Position numbers and translations under genes: made by a program. Below are positions 38,959-51,815 of a stretch of 64,000 nt of DNA, one piece after another. The stretch's first letter is position 1. Each line of letters starts with the position of its first letter. Under the pieces are notes generated by a model, which ran no database searches, had not been told where the DNA came from, and saw only the letters and a program-made list of their open reading frames with translations. The DNA is from Actinomycetota bacterium (GTDB taxonomy: Bacteria > Actinomycetota > Actinomycetes > Actinomycetales > Microbacteriaceae): NCBI GenBank assembly GCA_009702455.1, contig WLIA01000002.1, forward strand, positions 8,184 to 72,183. The letters run 5' to 3'.

Positions 38959-39908
38959 TTAAAGATCTGCCAAACACCACCGTTAGCAAAATTTCGAAAG
39001 CCCTTGTCGAGCTTCGTGAAGAGGGTGGCGTCGTTGCACTCGGGCGCGTTCTAACTCTGATAATCCAGACCAAGTTCAGTGGAATCGAAGACGCAGTAAA
39101 GGCGGCAAACGAGTCGTCGCGCGAGCATCCGTGTCGAATTATCGTTCTCGCCGAAGATGACTCGGAGAAAAAGAGTGAGTCAAAGCTTGACGCCCAAATT
39201 CGCGTCGGTGGCGATGCAGGAGCTTCTGAGGTAATCGTTTTGCGTGCGCACGGTGAGGCCGCGAAGCATTCGGCAGGGCTCGTAACAGGCCTGCTGCTGC
39301 CAGACGCTCCGGTTGTTGCGTGGTGGCCAGGCGAAGCACCCGAGGTTGTCTCGACTTCTGCGATCGGGAAAATTGCAACTCGTCGCATAACCGACGCGGC
39401 GTCGCAGGTAGACCCGCACGCCTTTCTAAAGAAACTGTCAAAGACCTACGCTCCCGGCGATAGTGACTTCGCCTGGACCCGGCTAACCCTCTGGCGCGCG
39501 CAGCTGGCGGCCATTCTCGATCAGCCACCCTATGACCCGATTATCTCTGTTGAGGTAACCGGAGCTAGCGACTCCCCTTCAACCGACCTGCTAGCCGTGT
39601 GGCTAGAGATGAAGCTCAAGATAAAGGTTGAGCGAATTCGAACCAATCGCGGAAAAGCCGTTTCTGGAATTCGTGGCGTTAAGCTAATTCGCAAATCGGG
39701 TGACATCGAGATTGTTCGCCGTGTTGCCGATGTTGCTACCCTCATTCAGCCAACGCAACCGACTCGCGAGATTTCGTTGCCGCGCAGATCTCTTCGCGAC
39801 TGTTTGAGCGAGGACCTTCGTCGCCTAGACCCTGACGACCTTTTCGGAAAGGTCATCACCAAGGGTTTCGGCTCACGAGTGAGACTCTCGGCAAAAGGCA
39901 AGCGATGA
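38955..39908 (+). CDS. opcA: G6PDH assembly protein OpcA
   Basis: GRVLTL, REHPCR, LLLPDAPVVAWWP, DFAWTRLTLWR; GTGA overlap with zwf. Confidence 0.93.
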   Translation: MIKDLPNTTVSKISKALVELREEGGVVALGRVLTLIIQTKFSGIEDAVKAANESSREHPCRIIVLAEDDSEKKSESKLDAQIRVGGDAGASEVIVLRAHGEAAKHSAGLVTGLLLPDAPVVAWWPGEAPEVVSTSAIGKIATRRITDAASQVDPHAFLKKLSKTYAPGDSDFAWTRLTLWRAQLAAILDQPPYDPIISVEVTGASDSPSTDLLAVWLEMKLKIKVERIRTNRGKAVSGIRGVKLIRKSGDIEIVRRVADVATLIQPTQPTREISLPRRSLRDCLSEDLRRLDPDDLFGKVITKGFGSRVRLSAKGKR

Positions 39909-40630
39909 CCTCTTTGGTTGTCAATAGATTCAATGATGCCGAAGGCGTGGCCGAAGCGGCGGCCGAGTATTTCGTTACTCGCCTGGCTGAGTTGCTCGAG
40001 CAGAAGCCGCAGGTGCACGTGATGTTGACCGGCGGAACTATTGGCATTGCGACGCTCTCGGCCATTTCACGTCGCGAAGACGCGCATCTGCTCGAATGGA
40101 GTCGCGTTCATATCTGGTGGGGTGATGAGCGCTTCGTTGCTGCCGATTCAGATCAGAGAAACGCCGTTCAGGCAAGGGGCGCACTCTTGAGCAAAATTGC
40201 TGTTGTCGAATCAAACATTCACGAATTCCCTTCGACCGATGCGGGTCTTTCACTATCCGAGGCAGAGCACCTATTCTCGGCTGAGGTGCTGGTCGAGTCA
40301 CCCGAATTTGATTTGGCCTTCGTCGGCATGGGGCCAGACGGTCACGTCTGCTCGCTGTTTCCCGGCAAATCCGCACCGGCAGAGGGCGCTCTAGTTATGG
40401 CCGAAGACGATTCGCCAAAACCTCCGCAGCAACGATTGAGTTTCACCTACGCAGCAATGAACTCGGTTGCAGAATTGATTTTTGTTGTAGCCGGGGCAGA
40501 CAAGGCATCAGCCGTGAAGCAAGTTTTTGACCAGACCGCCGAAAAGCTGCCGGCAGCGAAAATTCGCGGTAAGGCTAAGACAACTTGGTTTATAGACCAG
40601 ACTGCAGCAACCGAAAACTGGGGCTGCTAG
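39905..40630 (+). CDS. pgl: 6-phosphogluconolactonase
   Basis: LTGG, WWGDERFV, GMGPDGHVCSLFP, SPKPP. Confidence 0.95.
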   Translation: MTSLVVNRFNDAEGVAEAAAEYFVTRLAELLEQKPQVHVMLTGGTIGIATLSAISRREDAHLLEWSRVHIWWGDERFVAADSDQRNAVQARGALLSKIAVVESNIHEFPSTDAGLSLSEAEHLFSAEVLVESPEFDLAFVGMGPDGHVCSLFPGKSAPAEGALVMAEDDSPKPPQQRLSFTYAAMNSVAELIFVVAGADKASAVKQVFDQTAEKLPAAKIRGKAKTTWFIDQTAATENWGC

Positions 40631-41056
40631 TTACTTTTTGGCGGCAGATTTCTTCGCGGCTGCCTTTTCGAGTTTCTCGGCAGCAAGAGCTGCAGCCGCC
40701 GCTGCAATTCGCTTTGCTTTGATTAGCGCGATGGCCTCTTCTAGCAGTTGTTTCGCTTCGAGTTCTGAGCGACGTTCCTTCACGTAGGCCAAGTGGGTTT
40801 TGTATGGCTCGTGTTTTGCATTCGAAGGCGGGTTCGCCTGGTCGAGGCCGGCCGGTAGACCGCAGTTTGGGCAGTCGATTTCAACCGGCAGTTCTTCGAT
40901 TTCCACGTTTGATGCAAACGCAGGGCTCTGAACGTGTCCCATAACGCAGTAGTAGTTTCTAACGATTCGGTCGGCCTTGAAGCCGCGATCCTCTTCGCCC
41001 ATTGGTCCGGCGCCAACGCGAGAACCGCGGATTGCTGATCCCCCGTTGGTTGCCAA
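40631..41056 (-). CDS. rbpA: RNA polymerase-binding protein RbpA
   Basis: IRGSRVG, YYCVMGH...DCPNCG, KTHLAYVKERRS; downstream of secG. Confidence 0.9.
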   Translation of the reverse strand: MATNGGSAIRGSRVGAGPMGEEDRGFKADRIVRNYYCVMGHVQSPAFASNVEIEELPVEIDCPNCGLPAGLDQANPPSNAKHEPYKTHLAYVKERRSELEAKQLLEEAIALIKAKRIAAAAAALAAEKLEKAAAKKSAAKK

Positions 41057-41065
41057 TTTTCTTCC

Positions 41066-41314
41066 TTAGACCAGAGCGAATCGGGTAAAGAGGCCAAGCG
41101 TGATGATTACAACGATCCAGACGATTCCAAGGATGATGGTCACTCGGTTGAGGTTGCGCTCAGCTACACCTGATGAGCTCATGGTGCTGGTAACGCCACC
41201 ACCGAACATGTCGCTAAGCCCGCCACCGCGGCCTTTGTGCAACAGGATCAGCAGGGTTAGCAGAAGGCTAGTGATAGCCAAAAGCACCTGTAGAGCAATT
41301 TGTAGAGCTGCCAT
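41066..41314 (-). CDS. secG: Preprotein translocase subunit SecG
   Basis: LLHKGRGGGLSDMFGGG...AERNLNR; two TM segments. Confidence 0.95.
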   Translation of the reverse strand: MAALQIALQVLLAITSLLLTLLILLHKGRGGGLSDMFGGGVTSTMSSSGVAERNLNRVTIILGIVWIVVIITLGLFTRFALV

Positions 41315-41342
41315 TTATTCCTCAGTTTCTGAATCTAGAAAA

Positions 41343-42128
41343 TTATACGCCGATGTGCTTCTGGAAGCGCGCTATACCGCTGAATTCATCGGCATCGAGA
41401 CTGGCTCCGCCAACCAAAACCCCGTCAACCTCTGGGCTTCTTAGGAATCCAGCCACGTTAGCGGCCTTGACTGAGCCACCGTAGAGAATTCTCGCTGCCG
41501 CAGCAACCTCTTGTGAGTGCTCGTTAGCGATGGCCTCGCGAATCTTTGAGCAGACAGCCGCGGCTTCTTCTGGGGATGCCACCTTGCCGGTGCCAATTGC
41601 CCAAACCGGCTCGTAGGCGATAACGAACTCGCCGAGGTTGGCGTGACCGGCAAGCGCGGCCAGAGTCTGTCTAACCGGCACAGCCGCCTGCCCCTCAGAC
41701 TCGAGCTGCTCGAGGGTCTCGCCCACGCAAATGATCGGCACGAGTGAGTGTTTGAAGGCTGCAGCGGTCTTTGCTTGAACCGTCACATCATCTTCGTCGT
41801 GAAACTGACGACGCTCGCTGTGACCGACAAGCACATATCTAACGTCTAACTTTTTCAAGAATGCGCCTGAGATTTCACCCGTGTAGGCGCCACTGTCGAA
41901 CCTCGAAAGGTCTTGAGCTCCGATGCGAATCTCGAACTTATCCGCATCAATTAGTGTCTGCACGGTTCGCAAATCGGTGAACGGCGGAAAGACGGCAACC
42001 TCTGCTGTTGAAAAGTCGTGAGCCGCATCCTTGAGTGACCAAGCGAGTTTCTGAACCAACGCGATTGCCTGCTGGTGATCGAGGTTCATCTTCCAGTTGC
42101 CGGCGATTAGCGGAATGCGATTAGTCAT
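41343..42128 (-). CDS. tpiA: Triosephosphate isomerase
   Basis: AGNWKMN, GHSERR, AYEPVWAIGTG, LVGGASL. Confidence 0.98.
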   Translation of the reverse strand: MTNRIPLIAGNWKMNLDHQQAIALVQKLAWSLKDAAHDFSTAEVAVFPPFTDLRTVQTLIDADKFEIRIGAQDLSRFDSGAYTGEISGAFLKKLDVRYVLVGHSERRQFHDEDDVTVQAKTAAAFKHSLVPIICVGETLEQLESEGQAAVPVRQTLAALAGHANLGEFVIAYEPVWAIGTGKVASPEEAAAVCSKIREAIANEHSQEVAAAARILYGGSVKAANVAGFLRSPEVDGVLVGGASLDADEFSGIARFQKHIGV

Positions 42129-42143
42129 CTTGTGCTCTCTTCT

Positions 42144-43360
42144 CTAACTTTTAGCCTCAAGGCCCAAAACTTCGAGGCCCGGCAAGTTCTTGCCCTCTAG
42201 AAACTCCAAGCTTGCGCCGCCACCCGTTGAGATGTGACCGAACTGTGAGTCCTCGAATCCAAGGATGCGCACCGCCGCGGCAGAGTCTCCTCCACCGACA
42301 ACAGATAGCCCAGAAACCTTGGTTAGTGCCGATGCAACTTCACGAGTTCCGTTTGCAAATTTATCGAATTCAAAAACACCCATCGGGCCGTTCCAGAACA
42401 CGGTCTTGGCTTCTGCGATCTCTCTCGCAAAGATCGCAGCAGACTCGGGTCCGATGTCTAGACCGATAGCGGCTGCACCAAACGCCGTGTCTTCGATTTT
42501 GTCGGCAGCGGTGACCAAAGCTTCAGCGTCGGCAGCAAACTTGTTTGCCACCACGATGTCGGTTGGCAACACGACCTCGACACCGAGGGCGGTAGCCCGC
42601 TGCAAATACTCGCGGCAGGTTTCAATTTGGTCTTGTTCGAGCAGGCTTGCGCCAACCCTGTAGCCCTTCGCTGCCAAAAAGGTGAACAGCATTCCGCCGC
42701 CGATAAGCAGTTTGTCTACCGTCGGCAGCAGGTGATCGATAACGGCAAGCTTGTCGCTGACCTTAGAGCCACCTAGAACCACGGCATATGGTCGCTCGGC
42801 CGAAGTCGTCAACCTGGTCAGCACATCGAGCTCTTTCTCGATTAGCAAACCAGCAGCGCTAGGCAAGAGTTGAGCTAGTTCGTAGACGCTTGCCTGCTTG
42901 CGGTGCACAACGCCGAAGCCGTCGCTCACAAAGAAATCGCCGAACTGGGCCAGTTTGGCTGCAAAGACCTCGCGCTCTGCCTGCTCTTTGCTGGTCTCGG
43001 CAGGGTTGAAACGAAGGTTCTCGAGAACCACCACTGCTCCCCGAGTCATTGCCTTGACGGCCCCGTGAGCTTCGCTGCCGACTGTGTCGCTTGCGAAGAA
43101 CACATCCTGGTCTAGCAACTCACCGAGGCGCGCTGCTACCGGAGCGAGCGAATACTGCGCATCAGGTGCGCCTTCTGGACGACCGAGGTGCGAGATGATA
43201 ACGACCATCGCGCCCTCGTTTACGAGTCGCTGAATGGTTGGCACCGATGCGACGATTCTGCCGTCGTCGGTTATGCGACCGTTTTCTAACGGCACATTCA
43301 AATCGCAGCGAAGAACTACGCGCTTGCCGTCGAGTGAGGGCAGGTCGGCGAGATGTCGCA

Positions 43361-43361
<1 letters not shown>
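42144..43361 (-). CDS. pgk: Phosphoglycerate kinase
   Basis: DLNVP, SHLGRP, LENLRF, WNGPMGVFE, HISTGGGASL. Confidence 0.98.
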
Positions 43362-44419
<1,058 letters not shown>

Positions 44420-44451
44420 TTACCACGCATCATCGGGTGGAAAATCTAGGC

Positions 44452-45075
44452 CTAGCCTAGCAGGAGACCCTTTGTTTGCTTGCGAGCCGCCTCAAAGCGG
44501 GTCTGCACGTCGCTCCAAGACACGATGTTCCAGAAGGCCTTCACGTAATCGCCCTTGACGTTCAAGTAATCGAGGTAGAAGGCGTGCTCCCACATGTCGA
44601 GCATCAATACTGGGATGGTCGCTGGCGCGACATTGCCCTGCTGGTCATAGAGCTGCTCGATGACCAAGCGCTCGCCGAGTGAATCCCAGGCGAGGAATGC
44701 CCAACCCGAACCCTGAATGCCCAGGGCGGTTGCGTTGAAGTGAGCCTGGAAGGCCTCGAAAGAGCCAAAGAATTCGGTGATTGCTGCTGCGAGTTCACCC
44801 TCTGGGCGACCCTCTGAGTCTGGGCTTAAGTTCTTCCAGAAGATCGAGTGGTTAATGTGACCACCGAGGTGAAAGGCGAGGTCTTTCTGCAATTTGTTGA
44901 TGTTGCCGAAGTCATTCTTCTCGCGGGCCTCTTCTAGTGCGGCGAGAGCACCATTGATGCCGGCTACATAGGCAGCGTGATGCTTGCTGTGGTGTAGCTC
45001 CATGATCTTTCCCGAGATGTGTGGCTCGAGTGATCCGTAGTCGTAGGTGAGGTCTGGAAGTTTGTAGTTGCTCAT
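44452..45075 (-). CDS. sodA: Fe/Mn-family superoxide dismutase (probably Mn or cambialistic)
   Basis: [23 protein letters not shown]. Confidence 0.96.
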   Translation of the reverse strand: MSNYKLPDLTYDYGSLEPHISGKIMELHHSKHHAAYVAGINGALAALEEAREKNDFGNINKLQKDLAFHLGGHINHSIFWKNLSPDSEGRPEGELAAAITEFFGSFEAFQAHFNATALGIQGSGWAFLAWDSLGERLVIEQLYDQQGNVAPATIPVLMLDMWEHAFYLDYLNVKGDYVKAFWNIVSWSDVQTRFEAARKQTKGLLLG

Positions 45076-45125
45076 GAATTGCTCCTTCTTTGGTTTTAAC
45101 TTAGAAAATCTGCGGTTATTCCGCT

Positions 45126-46103
45126 TTAGTCGTCAAGGTCTTCTGGCAGGTCGGCGTCGGTTGCTGGAATGCCAAGTTCTTCGGCTTTCTTATCTGCCAT
45201 AGCCAGCAAACGCCGAATGCGACCGGCAACCGCGTCTTTGGTCATCGGTGGGTTGGCGTGGTGACCCAACTCGTCGAGGCTCGCATCCTTGAATTTCAGT
45301 CTGAGCTCGCCAGCGTAGCGAAGGTGCTCGGGAATGTCTGGCCCCAGAATTTCAAGTGCTCGCTTAACTCTCGCGCCGGCGGCCACTGCCGCTTGAGCCG
45401 ATCTGCGCAGGTTGGCGTCGTCGAAGTTTGCGAGTCTGTTGGCGGTAGCGCGAACCTCGCGTCTAAGCCGTGCTTCTTCCCACTTAAGTACGTTTGTGTG
45501 CGCACCCATCTGGGTCAGCATTGCTGCGATGGCTTCACCGTCTCGAACCACAACTCGGTGAACTCCCCTAACCTCGCGAGCCTTGGCAACTACGCCCAGC
45601 CGGCGCGCTACGCCGACGAGCGCCATGGCTGCTTCGTTGCCTGGCGCAGTTACCTCTAGCGACGCAGAGCGGCCTGGGTCGGTTAGCGAACCGTGAGCGA
45701 GAAATGCTCCGCGCCAGAGGGCCTGAGCTTCTTGAATCGTGCTCGACACCAGGTGCGCCGGAAGCCCGCGAACCGGCCTGCCCTTCGGGTCAATTAGCCC
45801 CGCTCGGCGTGCCAGCAGGTCGCCCTGAGCAATGACTCGAACCTGGTAGCGACTGGTTCTGCGAATGCCGCTGGGTGCAATTACGGCCAGCTCGCTCTCG
45901 ATGCCGAGAACTTCCATTAGATCCTTGCGAATGCGTCTAGCTATCGAGGCGGCATCGACTTCGACTTCGATGACAACTCTTCCGCTGATTAGGTGCAGGC
46001 CGCCTGCGAAACGAAGAATCGCCGAGAGTTCAGCAACTCGCGTTGCGCTCTTGGTGACCTCGATGCGTGCGAGCTCGTCTTTAACGTCTGAAGTTAGCGC
46101 CAT
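45126..46103 (-). CDS. whiA: DNA-binding protein WhiA
   Basis: [33 protein letters not shown]. Confidence 0.96.
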   Translation of the reverse strand: MALTSDVKDELARIEVTKSATRVAELSAILRFAGGLHLISGRVVIEVEVDAASIARRIRKDLMEVLGIESELAVIAPSGIRRTSRYQVRVIAQGDLLARRAGLIDPKGRPVRGLPAHLVSSTIQEAQALWRGAFLAHGSLTDPGRSASLEVTAPGNEAAMALVGVARRLGVVAKAREVRGVHRVVVRDGEAIAAMLTQMGAHTNVLKWEEARLRREVRATANRLANFDDANLRRSAQAAVAAGARVKRALEILGPDIPEHLRYAGELRLKFKDASLDELGHHANPPMTKDAVAGRIRRLLAMADKKAEELGIPATDADLPEDLDD

Positions 46104-46105
46104 CG

Positions 46106-46981
46106 CTATTCCCTCCCAAGGTCACGGTGCTTCAAGCTCACCGAGACGTCATCAAATTTTGCTAATTCGGTTGCAATCTTTTTGCTCACCGCAACAGAAC
46201 GGTGTTTTCCACCGGTGCATCCAATCGCGATGGTTGCGTAACGCTTGTTCTCGTTGGTGTATCCCTTGAGCACTGGGCGCAGAGCAGCGAGGTAGTTCTC
46301 GATGAATTCCTCGACGCCATCGGCTCCGAGCACGAAATTGCTGACATTCCTGTCTTCGCCAGTGAAGGGCCTGAGTGACTCCTCCCAGAATGGGTTAGGG
46401 ATGAATCGCATGTCTGCGACGAGATCGGCGTCGGTCGGAAGCCCGTACTTAAATCCAAAACTCATGACCGTCAAGTGAAGCTTCTTCGTCTCTTCAAGAG
46501 AAAAACTGTCGGTGATTTTGTTGCTGAGTTGGTGAACGTTCAAATCGCTTGTGTCAATTATTACGTCGGCAGATTCGCGCAAGCTGATAAGACGATTTCT
46601 CTCGATTGCAATTCCATCGAGAATTGTTCCGTCTGCTTGCAACGGATGCGGTCTGCGCACCTGTTCGAATCGCTTGACGAGTGCCGAATCTGTCGCTTCT
46701 AGAAACAGCAGTCGAAGGTTGAGGTTTCTGCTTCGCATCTGCGAGAGGTTTTCGTGCAGCTCTCCAAAAAATTCGCCACCGCGAACATCGATTACTACCG
46801 CTAGTTTCGGCAATCTGGCCTTGGTCATGGTGAATAGGTCTGCAATTGGGCCGAGCATTTGCGGTGGTAGGTTGTCGACCACATACCAACCGAGGTCCTC
46901 GAGGGCGTTGCCTACCGTCGATCTGCCCGCGCCAGACATGCCGGTAACGATGAGCAGCTCGTGCCTTCGTTCCTCGTTCAT
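46106..46981 (-). CDS. rapZ: RNase adapter RapZ (YvcJ)
   Basis: [37 protein letters not shown]; SD-led ATG 46981, with an alternative in-frame ATG at 47032. Confidence 0.95.
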   Translation of the reverse strand: MNEERRHELLIVTGMSGAGRSTVGNALEDLGWYVVDNLPPQMLGPIADLFTMTKARLPKLAVVIDVRGGEFFGELHENLSQMRSRNLNLRLLFLEATDSALVKRFEQVRRPHPLQADGTILDGIAIERNRLISLRESADVIIDTSDLNVHQLSNKITDSFSLEETKKLHLTVMSFGFKYGLPTDADLVADMRFIPNPFWEESLRPFTGEDRNVSNFVLGADGVEEFIENYLAALRPVLKGYTNENKRYATIAIGCTGGKHRSVAVSKKIATELAKFDDVSVSLKHRDLGRE

Positions 46982-46992
46982 CTCTCCCCTTC

Positions 46993-47029
46993 GGCGTGTC
47001 GAACAGAGTTTATCTGCTCGCGACACGCC
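46993..47029. repeat. Inverted repeat in the rapZ-whiA leader containing two GACAC motifs
   Basis: GGCGTGTCG...CGACACGCC perfect 9-bp arms with an inner CAGA/TCTG pair. Confidence 0.8.
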
Positions 47030-47042
47030 CATGTTACGAAAT

Positions 47043-48905
47043 CTAGGGATTCAGCGAGGCCGTGATCTGCTGGGCCAGAGCCTTTCCGATGCCTGCAACT
47101 TCGGCAATCTCGTCAACCGTGGCGAGGCGAAGTCGCTTTGCCGAGCCAAAGTGCTTGAGCAGGGCCGAAACCCTCTTGTCGCCGAGGCCGGCGATCTCTG
47201 AAAGCGTCGATGAAATCGCCGACGAACGCTTGGTTCTCTGAAACGTGATGGCAAAGCGGTGTGCTTCATCACGGATTCGCTGAAGTAAGAACAGTTCATC
47301 TGTCGCTCTCGCCAGAATCACCGGAAAGCTCTCACCAGGCAGCCAGACCTCTTCGAGACGTTTGGCGATTCCGCACACGGCAAGGTCGGTTATACCCGAG
47401 TCTGCTAGCGCTCGCATGGCGGCACTAACCTGCGGCTGGCCACCGTCGACGATAAGCAGGTTTGGGCGATACGAGAACTTGGTTGGGTCGGCTTCTGCAT
47501 CGGTCTCGGGTGCCTTCAGATACTTCAATCGACGCATGAGCACCTGGTAGATCGAATCGGTGTCATCGGTGGTCTCTGAGATGGCAAACCTTCGATACTG
47601 ATCCTTCTTAGCGAGTCCGTCTTCGAAGACCACCATCGATGCCACTACATCTGTGCCGGCGAGGTGACTCACGTCGAAACACTCGATTCTTAGCGGCGCC
47701 TCACTAAGCGAGAGCGCTCGTTGAATTCCGGCTAGAGCATCAGCTCTTGCTGTGAAGTCTGTGCTGCGCCGCATCTTGTAGACCGCAAGTGCATGCTGCG
47801 CATTAGTCATCGCAGTTTCTTGAAGAGCTCGTTTATCGCCGCGACGAGCCACACGGATGTCGACTTTCGAACCGCGTAGTTCTGAAAGCCAAAGTTGAAG
47901 CGCCGACAAATCGAGTGAGGTTTCGGGAACAATGATTTCTTTTGGTATCTCAGATGCTGTGCCGCGTTTGGAAGCGGCATATACGTTCTGAATCACGTAC
48001 TCCACGAGTTCCTGCATGTCGCGCTCAAGTTCTTTATCAACGACCCATCCGCGCACTCCTCGAATTCTTCCTCCGCGAACAATAAACAACTGCACGGCGG
48101 CGGCAAGTTCATCGTCTGCAATAGCAAACAGATCGGCATCGGTCTGGTCATTAAAGACCACGGTACTTTTCTCGAGAACCGCCTCGAGCGCCTCGATGTT
48201 GTCGCGTAGTTTTGCGGCTCGTTCGTAGTGCTGCTCCTCGCTCGCGACTAGCATGCGAGCCTTGAGGCTCTCGATGTGCTTGTTATCGCCACCGCCCATA
48301 AAATCGGCAAAATCATTAGACAGCTTCTTGTGATCGTCTTTGCTGATTCGCTCCACGCAGGGTGCGCTGCACTTGCCGATGTCTGCTAGCAGGCAAGCTC
48401 GGTTTGTGCTCTTGGCTCGGTTGAACACTCCAGTGCTGCAACTGCGCACCGGATACACCTTTAGCAAAGTGTCTAGCGTTTCCCTGATCGCCCAAGCGTT
48501 GGTATACGGACCAAAATACTTATGCCCTGGCAACTCGCGATTCCTCGTGATGTATGCACGCGGATAAGTATCGCCTGACGAGATGGCCAGGTACGGGTAT
48601 GACTTGTCATCCTTGAATCGAATGTTGAAAGGTGGCGAGAACTCCTTGATCCACTGAAATTCAAGTTGCAGCGCTTCGTACTCGGTTTTGACTATCGTCC
48701 ACTGCACGTCAGCAGCGCTGGTCACCATGCGCCTCGTGCGACTGTGCAAGCTGTCTAGGGGTGCGAAGTAACTGCTCAGGCGAGCTCTAAGGTTTTTCGC
48801 CTTACCCACATAGAGAATTCGTCCGTTTTTGTCGAACCAGCGGTAGACCCCCGGCTCTGTTGGGATTTCAGAGGTTTTTGGCCTGAAACTCAGTTGGTCG
48901 GCCAT
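47043..48905 (-). CDS. uvrC: Excinuclease ABC subunit C
   Basis: GVY...[15 protein letters not shown] domain, [24 protein letters not shown], HhH motifs. Confidence 0.97.
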   Translation of the reverse strand: MADQLSFRPKTSEIPTEPGVYRWFDKNGRILYVGKAKNLRARLSSYFAPLDSLHSRTRRMVTSAADVQWTIVKTEYEALQLEFQWIKEFSPPFNIRFKDDKSYPYLAISSGDTYPRAYITRNRELPGHKYFGPYTNAWAIRETLDTLLKVYPVRSCSTGVFNRAKSTNRACLLADIGKCSAPCVERISKDDHKKLSNDFADFMGGGDNKHIESLKARMLVASEEQHYERAAKLRDNIEALEAVLEKSTVVFNDQTDADLFAIADDELAAAVQLFIVRGGRIRGVRGWVVDKELERDMQELVEYVIQNVYAASKRGTASEIPKEIIVPETSLDLSALQLWLSELRGSKVDIRVARRGDKRALQETAMTNAQHALAVYKMRRSTDFTARADALAGIQRALSLSEAPLRIECFDVSHLAGTDVVASMVVFEDGLAKKDQYRRFAISETTDDTDSIYQVLMRRLKYLKAPETDAEADPTKFSYRPNLLIVDGGQPQVSAAMRALADSGITDLAVCGIAKRLEEVWLPGESFPVILARATDELFLLQRIRDEAHRFAITFQRTKRSSAISSTLSEIAGLGDKRVSALLKHFGSAKRLRLATVDEIAEVAGIGKALAQQITASLNP

Positions 48906-48908
48906 CGG

Positions 48909-51776
48909 CTAACTCGCCAGGGTCTCTTTCAAGAACTTGCCCGTGAAACTCTTCGCAGACTTCGCCACCTGCTCGGGCGTTCCGATTGCCAGCACCTCGC
49001 CACCGCCAGCGCCGCCCTCGGGGCCAAGATCGATTACCCAGTCTGCGCACTTGATGACATCGAGATTGTGCTCAATCACAATCACTGTGTTGCCCTTCTC
49101 GACTAGGCCGTTGAGAACCAGGAGAAGTTTGCGCACGTCTTCGAAGTGCAGACCCGTGGTGGGTTCGTCGAGCACGTAGATACTGCGTCCGTAAGAACGG
49201 CGCTGCAGTTCAGTCGCTAATTTAACTCGCTGCGCCTCGCCGCCACTGAGAGTGGTTGCGCTCTGACCGAGACGCACGTAACCGAGACCAACCTCAACCA
49301 GGGTCTCTAGGTATCGAGCGATTGAATTAATCGGCGCGAAGAATTCGGCTGCTTCAGCAATTGGCATCTCTAGAATCTCGGCGATGTTCTTGTTCTTGTA
49401 CTTAACCTGCAATGTCTCGCGGTTGTACCGAGCTCCGTGGCATACCTCGCAGGCAACATAAACGTCTGGCAAGAAATTCATTTCGATTTTCAGGGTTCCG
49501 TCACCAGAGCAAGACTCGCAACGACCGCCCTTCACGTTGAATGAGAACCTGCCCTGCTGGTATCCGCGTGCCTTCGACTCTGAGGTGTCGGCAAACAACT
49601 TGCGAATATGATCGAAAACGCCCGTGTAGGTTGCAGGGTTAGAGCGCGGGGTTCTGCCGATCGGTGCTTGGTCTACGTGCACAACCTTGTCGAGTTGATC
49701 GATTCCGTCGATGCGTTTGTGTTTACCCGCTACTCCCTTAGCTCCGTTGAGCCTGTTTGCTAGTGTTTCGTAGAGAATGTCGTTTACCAGCGACGACTTT
49801 CCAGAACCGCTGACCCCGGTGACCGCCGTGAATACTCCGAGCGGAAACTCAACGTCTATGTTCTTTAGGTTGTTTTCACGAGCGCCGATGACTTTAACGA
49901 CACGCTTTGCGTCCACGGGGCGACGCGCTGTGGGCGTTTCGATGTTCTGCTTGCCGCTTAGAAAAGCGCCAGTAACCGAAGCCTTGTTTTTCAATAGGTC
50001 TTTGTATGTGCCGCTGTGCACAACCTCGCCGCCGTGAACTCCAGCGCCAGGACCGATGTCGACAATCCAGTCAGAAGCCTTGATGGTGTCTTCGTCGTGC
50101 TCGACCACAATCAGGGTGTTGCCGAGGTCGCGAAGTTTGAGCAGGGTCTCAATTAGCCTGCGGTTGTCACGCTGGTGAAGCCCGATAGAGGGCTCATCGA
50201 GAACATAGAGAACACCCGTTAGTCCCGAGCCGATCTGAGTGGCTAGGCGAATTCGCTGTGCCTCGCCACCGCTTAGTGTTGCCGCGGCCCGATCGAGGCT
50301 CAGGTAATCGAGGCCAACCGCAAGCAAAAACTCAAGTCGAGCCTTGATTTCACGCAGCACCTGGGCAGCAATCTTCACGTCTCTCGAGTCGAGCTTGATT
50401 TTCTCAAAAAACGCAAAGCAGTCGGCGAGGCTGAGCTTCGCAACGTCGGCTATCGAGCTGTCTGCCACCTTGATTGCGAGCACTTCTGGTCTCAATCTCG
50501 ATCCGTCACAGGCCGGACAATCCACTTCGCGGTGGTATCCCGCCCACTTGGCTCTGGCGTAGTCGCTCTCGGTTTCAAGCAGTTTGCGCTCAACATAAGC
50601 GATAACTCCCTCGAAGCCGGTGGTGTAACGCAGCTCACGACCGTACTTGTTCTTCCACTTGACCTGCACGTCGAAGTTGTTTCCGAACAGCACGGCCTGC
50701 TGAATTTCCTCAGGCAGTTTGCTCCAGGGAGTCGAGAGCTTGAACTTGAGTTCGGTGGCGAGTCCGGTCATCATGCGGGTCATGTAAGGGTAGATCTTGC
50801 CCTGCGGTGTCGACCAAGGCAGCAAAACACCATCGGCAATCGAGTCATCGGGGTCGCCGATAACTAGGTCAACATCTGCGCTCATCTTGGTGCCGAGGCC
50901 GCCGCACTCCTGGCAAGCTCCAAAGGGGGCGTTGAATGAGAAAGTTCTTGGCTCAATCTCGCTGATCGCAAGGGGATGCTCGTTTGGACATGACATGCGT
51001 TCGCTAAACACGCGAAGCTTCTTGGCCGCACGCTTCTCGTCAATCAGATCGATGATGATTCGCCCGCCGGCAAGTTTCAGTGCGGTCTCAACCGAGTCTG
51101 TGAGTCGACCGACGATGTCTTTCTTCGAAACCAGGCGATCAACAACTACCGATATGTCGTGCTTGAATGTTTTCTTTAGCGGTTTGGCATCTGCAAGCTG
51201 AATAACTTCACCGTCGACAACCGCGCGAGCGTATCCTTGGCTCACTAGGTCTTTGAACAAGTCAACAAACTCGCCCTTTTTCTGATCGACCAGCTGAGCG
51301 AGAATTTGAAAGCGTGTTCCGTCTTCAAACTCGAGAATCTGGTCGACAATCTGCTGTGGAGTCTGCTTCACGATTCTCTCGCCGCAGTCGGCACAGTAAG
51401 GTATTCCGATTCGAGCCCAAAGCAGTCTCAGGTAGTCGTGGATCTCTGTGATTGTTCCGACGGTTGAACGCGGGTTGCGGTTTGTCGACTTCTGGTCAAT
51501 TGACACAGCTGGGCTCAAGCCCTCAATGAAGTCGACATCAGGGCGGTCGACCTGACCTAGAAACTGCCTTGCATAAGAAGACAGGCTCTCGATGTAGCGC
51601 CTCTGCCCCTCGGCAAAAATCGTGTCAAATGCAAGCGAAGACTTGCCCGAACCGCTCAGGCCAGTGAAAACCACCATCGAGTCTCTAGGAATCTCGAGGT
51701 TTAGGTTCTTGAGGTTATGAACCCGAGCGCCCTTGACGACGAGCTTGTCTGAGTTGGTTACGGGGGTAATTGACAC
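48909..51776 (-). CDS. uvrA: Excinuclease ABC subunit A
   Basis: [17 protein letters not shown] (twice), Zn fingers. GTG 51776 lies 6 nt after TAGACT; the ORF track uses ATG 51779. Confidence 0.97.
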   Translation of the reverse strand: MSITPVTNSDKLVVKGARVHNLKNLNLEIPRDSMVVFTGLSGSGKSSLAFDTIFAEGQRRYIESLSSYARQFLGQVDRPDVDFIEGLSPAVSIDQKSTNRNPRSTVGTITEIHDYLRLLWARIGIPYCADCGERIVKQTPQQIVDQILEFEDGTRFQILAQLVDQKKGEFVDLFKDLVSQGYARAVVDGEVIQLADAKPLKKTFKHDISVVVDRLVSKKDIVGRLTDSVETALKLAGGRIIIDLIDEKRAAKKLRVFSERMSCPNEHPLAISEIEPRTFSFNAPFGACQECGGLGTKMSADVDLVIGDPDDSIADGVLLPWSTPQGKIYPYMTRMMTGLATELKFKLSTPWSKLPEEIQQAVLFGNNFDVQVKWKNKYGRELRYTTGFEGVIAYVERKLLETESDYARAKWAGYHREVDCPACDGSRLRPEVLAIKVADSSIADVAKLSLADCFAFFEKIKLDSRDVKIAAQVLREIKARLEFLLAVGLDYLSLDRAAATLSGGEAQRIRLATQIGSGLTGVLYVLDEPSIGLHQRDNRRLIETLLKLRDLGNTLIVVEHDEDTIKASDWIVDIGPGAGVHGGEVVHSGTYKDLLKNKASVTGAFLSGKQNIETPTARRPVDAKRVVKVIGARENNLKNIDVEFPLGVFTAVTGVSGSGKSSLVNDILYETLANRLNGAKGVAGKHKRIDGIDQLDKVVHVDQAPIGRTPRSNPATYTGVFDHIRKLFADTSESKARGYQQGRFSFNVKGGRCESCSGDGTLKIEMNFLPDVYVACEVCHGARYNRETLQVKYKNKNIAEILEMPIAEAAEFFAPINSIARYLETLVEVGLGYVRLGQSATTLSGGEAQRVKLATELQRRSYGRSIYVLDEPTTGLHFEDVRKLLLVLNGLVEKGNTVIVIEHNLDVIKCADWVIDLGPEGGAGGGEVLAIGTPEQVAKSAKSFTGKFLKETLAS

Positions 51777-51815
51777 CATAGAAGTCTAAATCGCCGAACC
51801 TGCTTTGCCCGCCGA

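Noticed and set aside
51795-51808. Possible LexA box before uvrA (CGAAC-CTGC-TTTGC)
   Set aside because: The second half-site matches GTTCG at only 2 of 5 positions.
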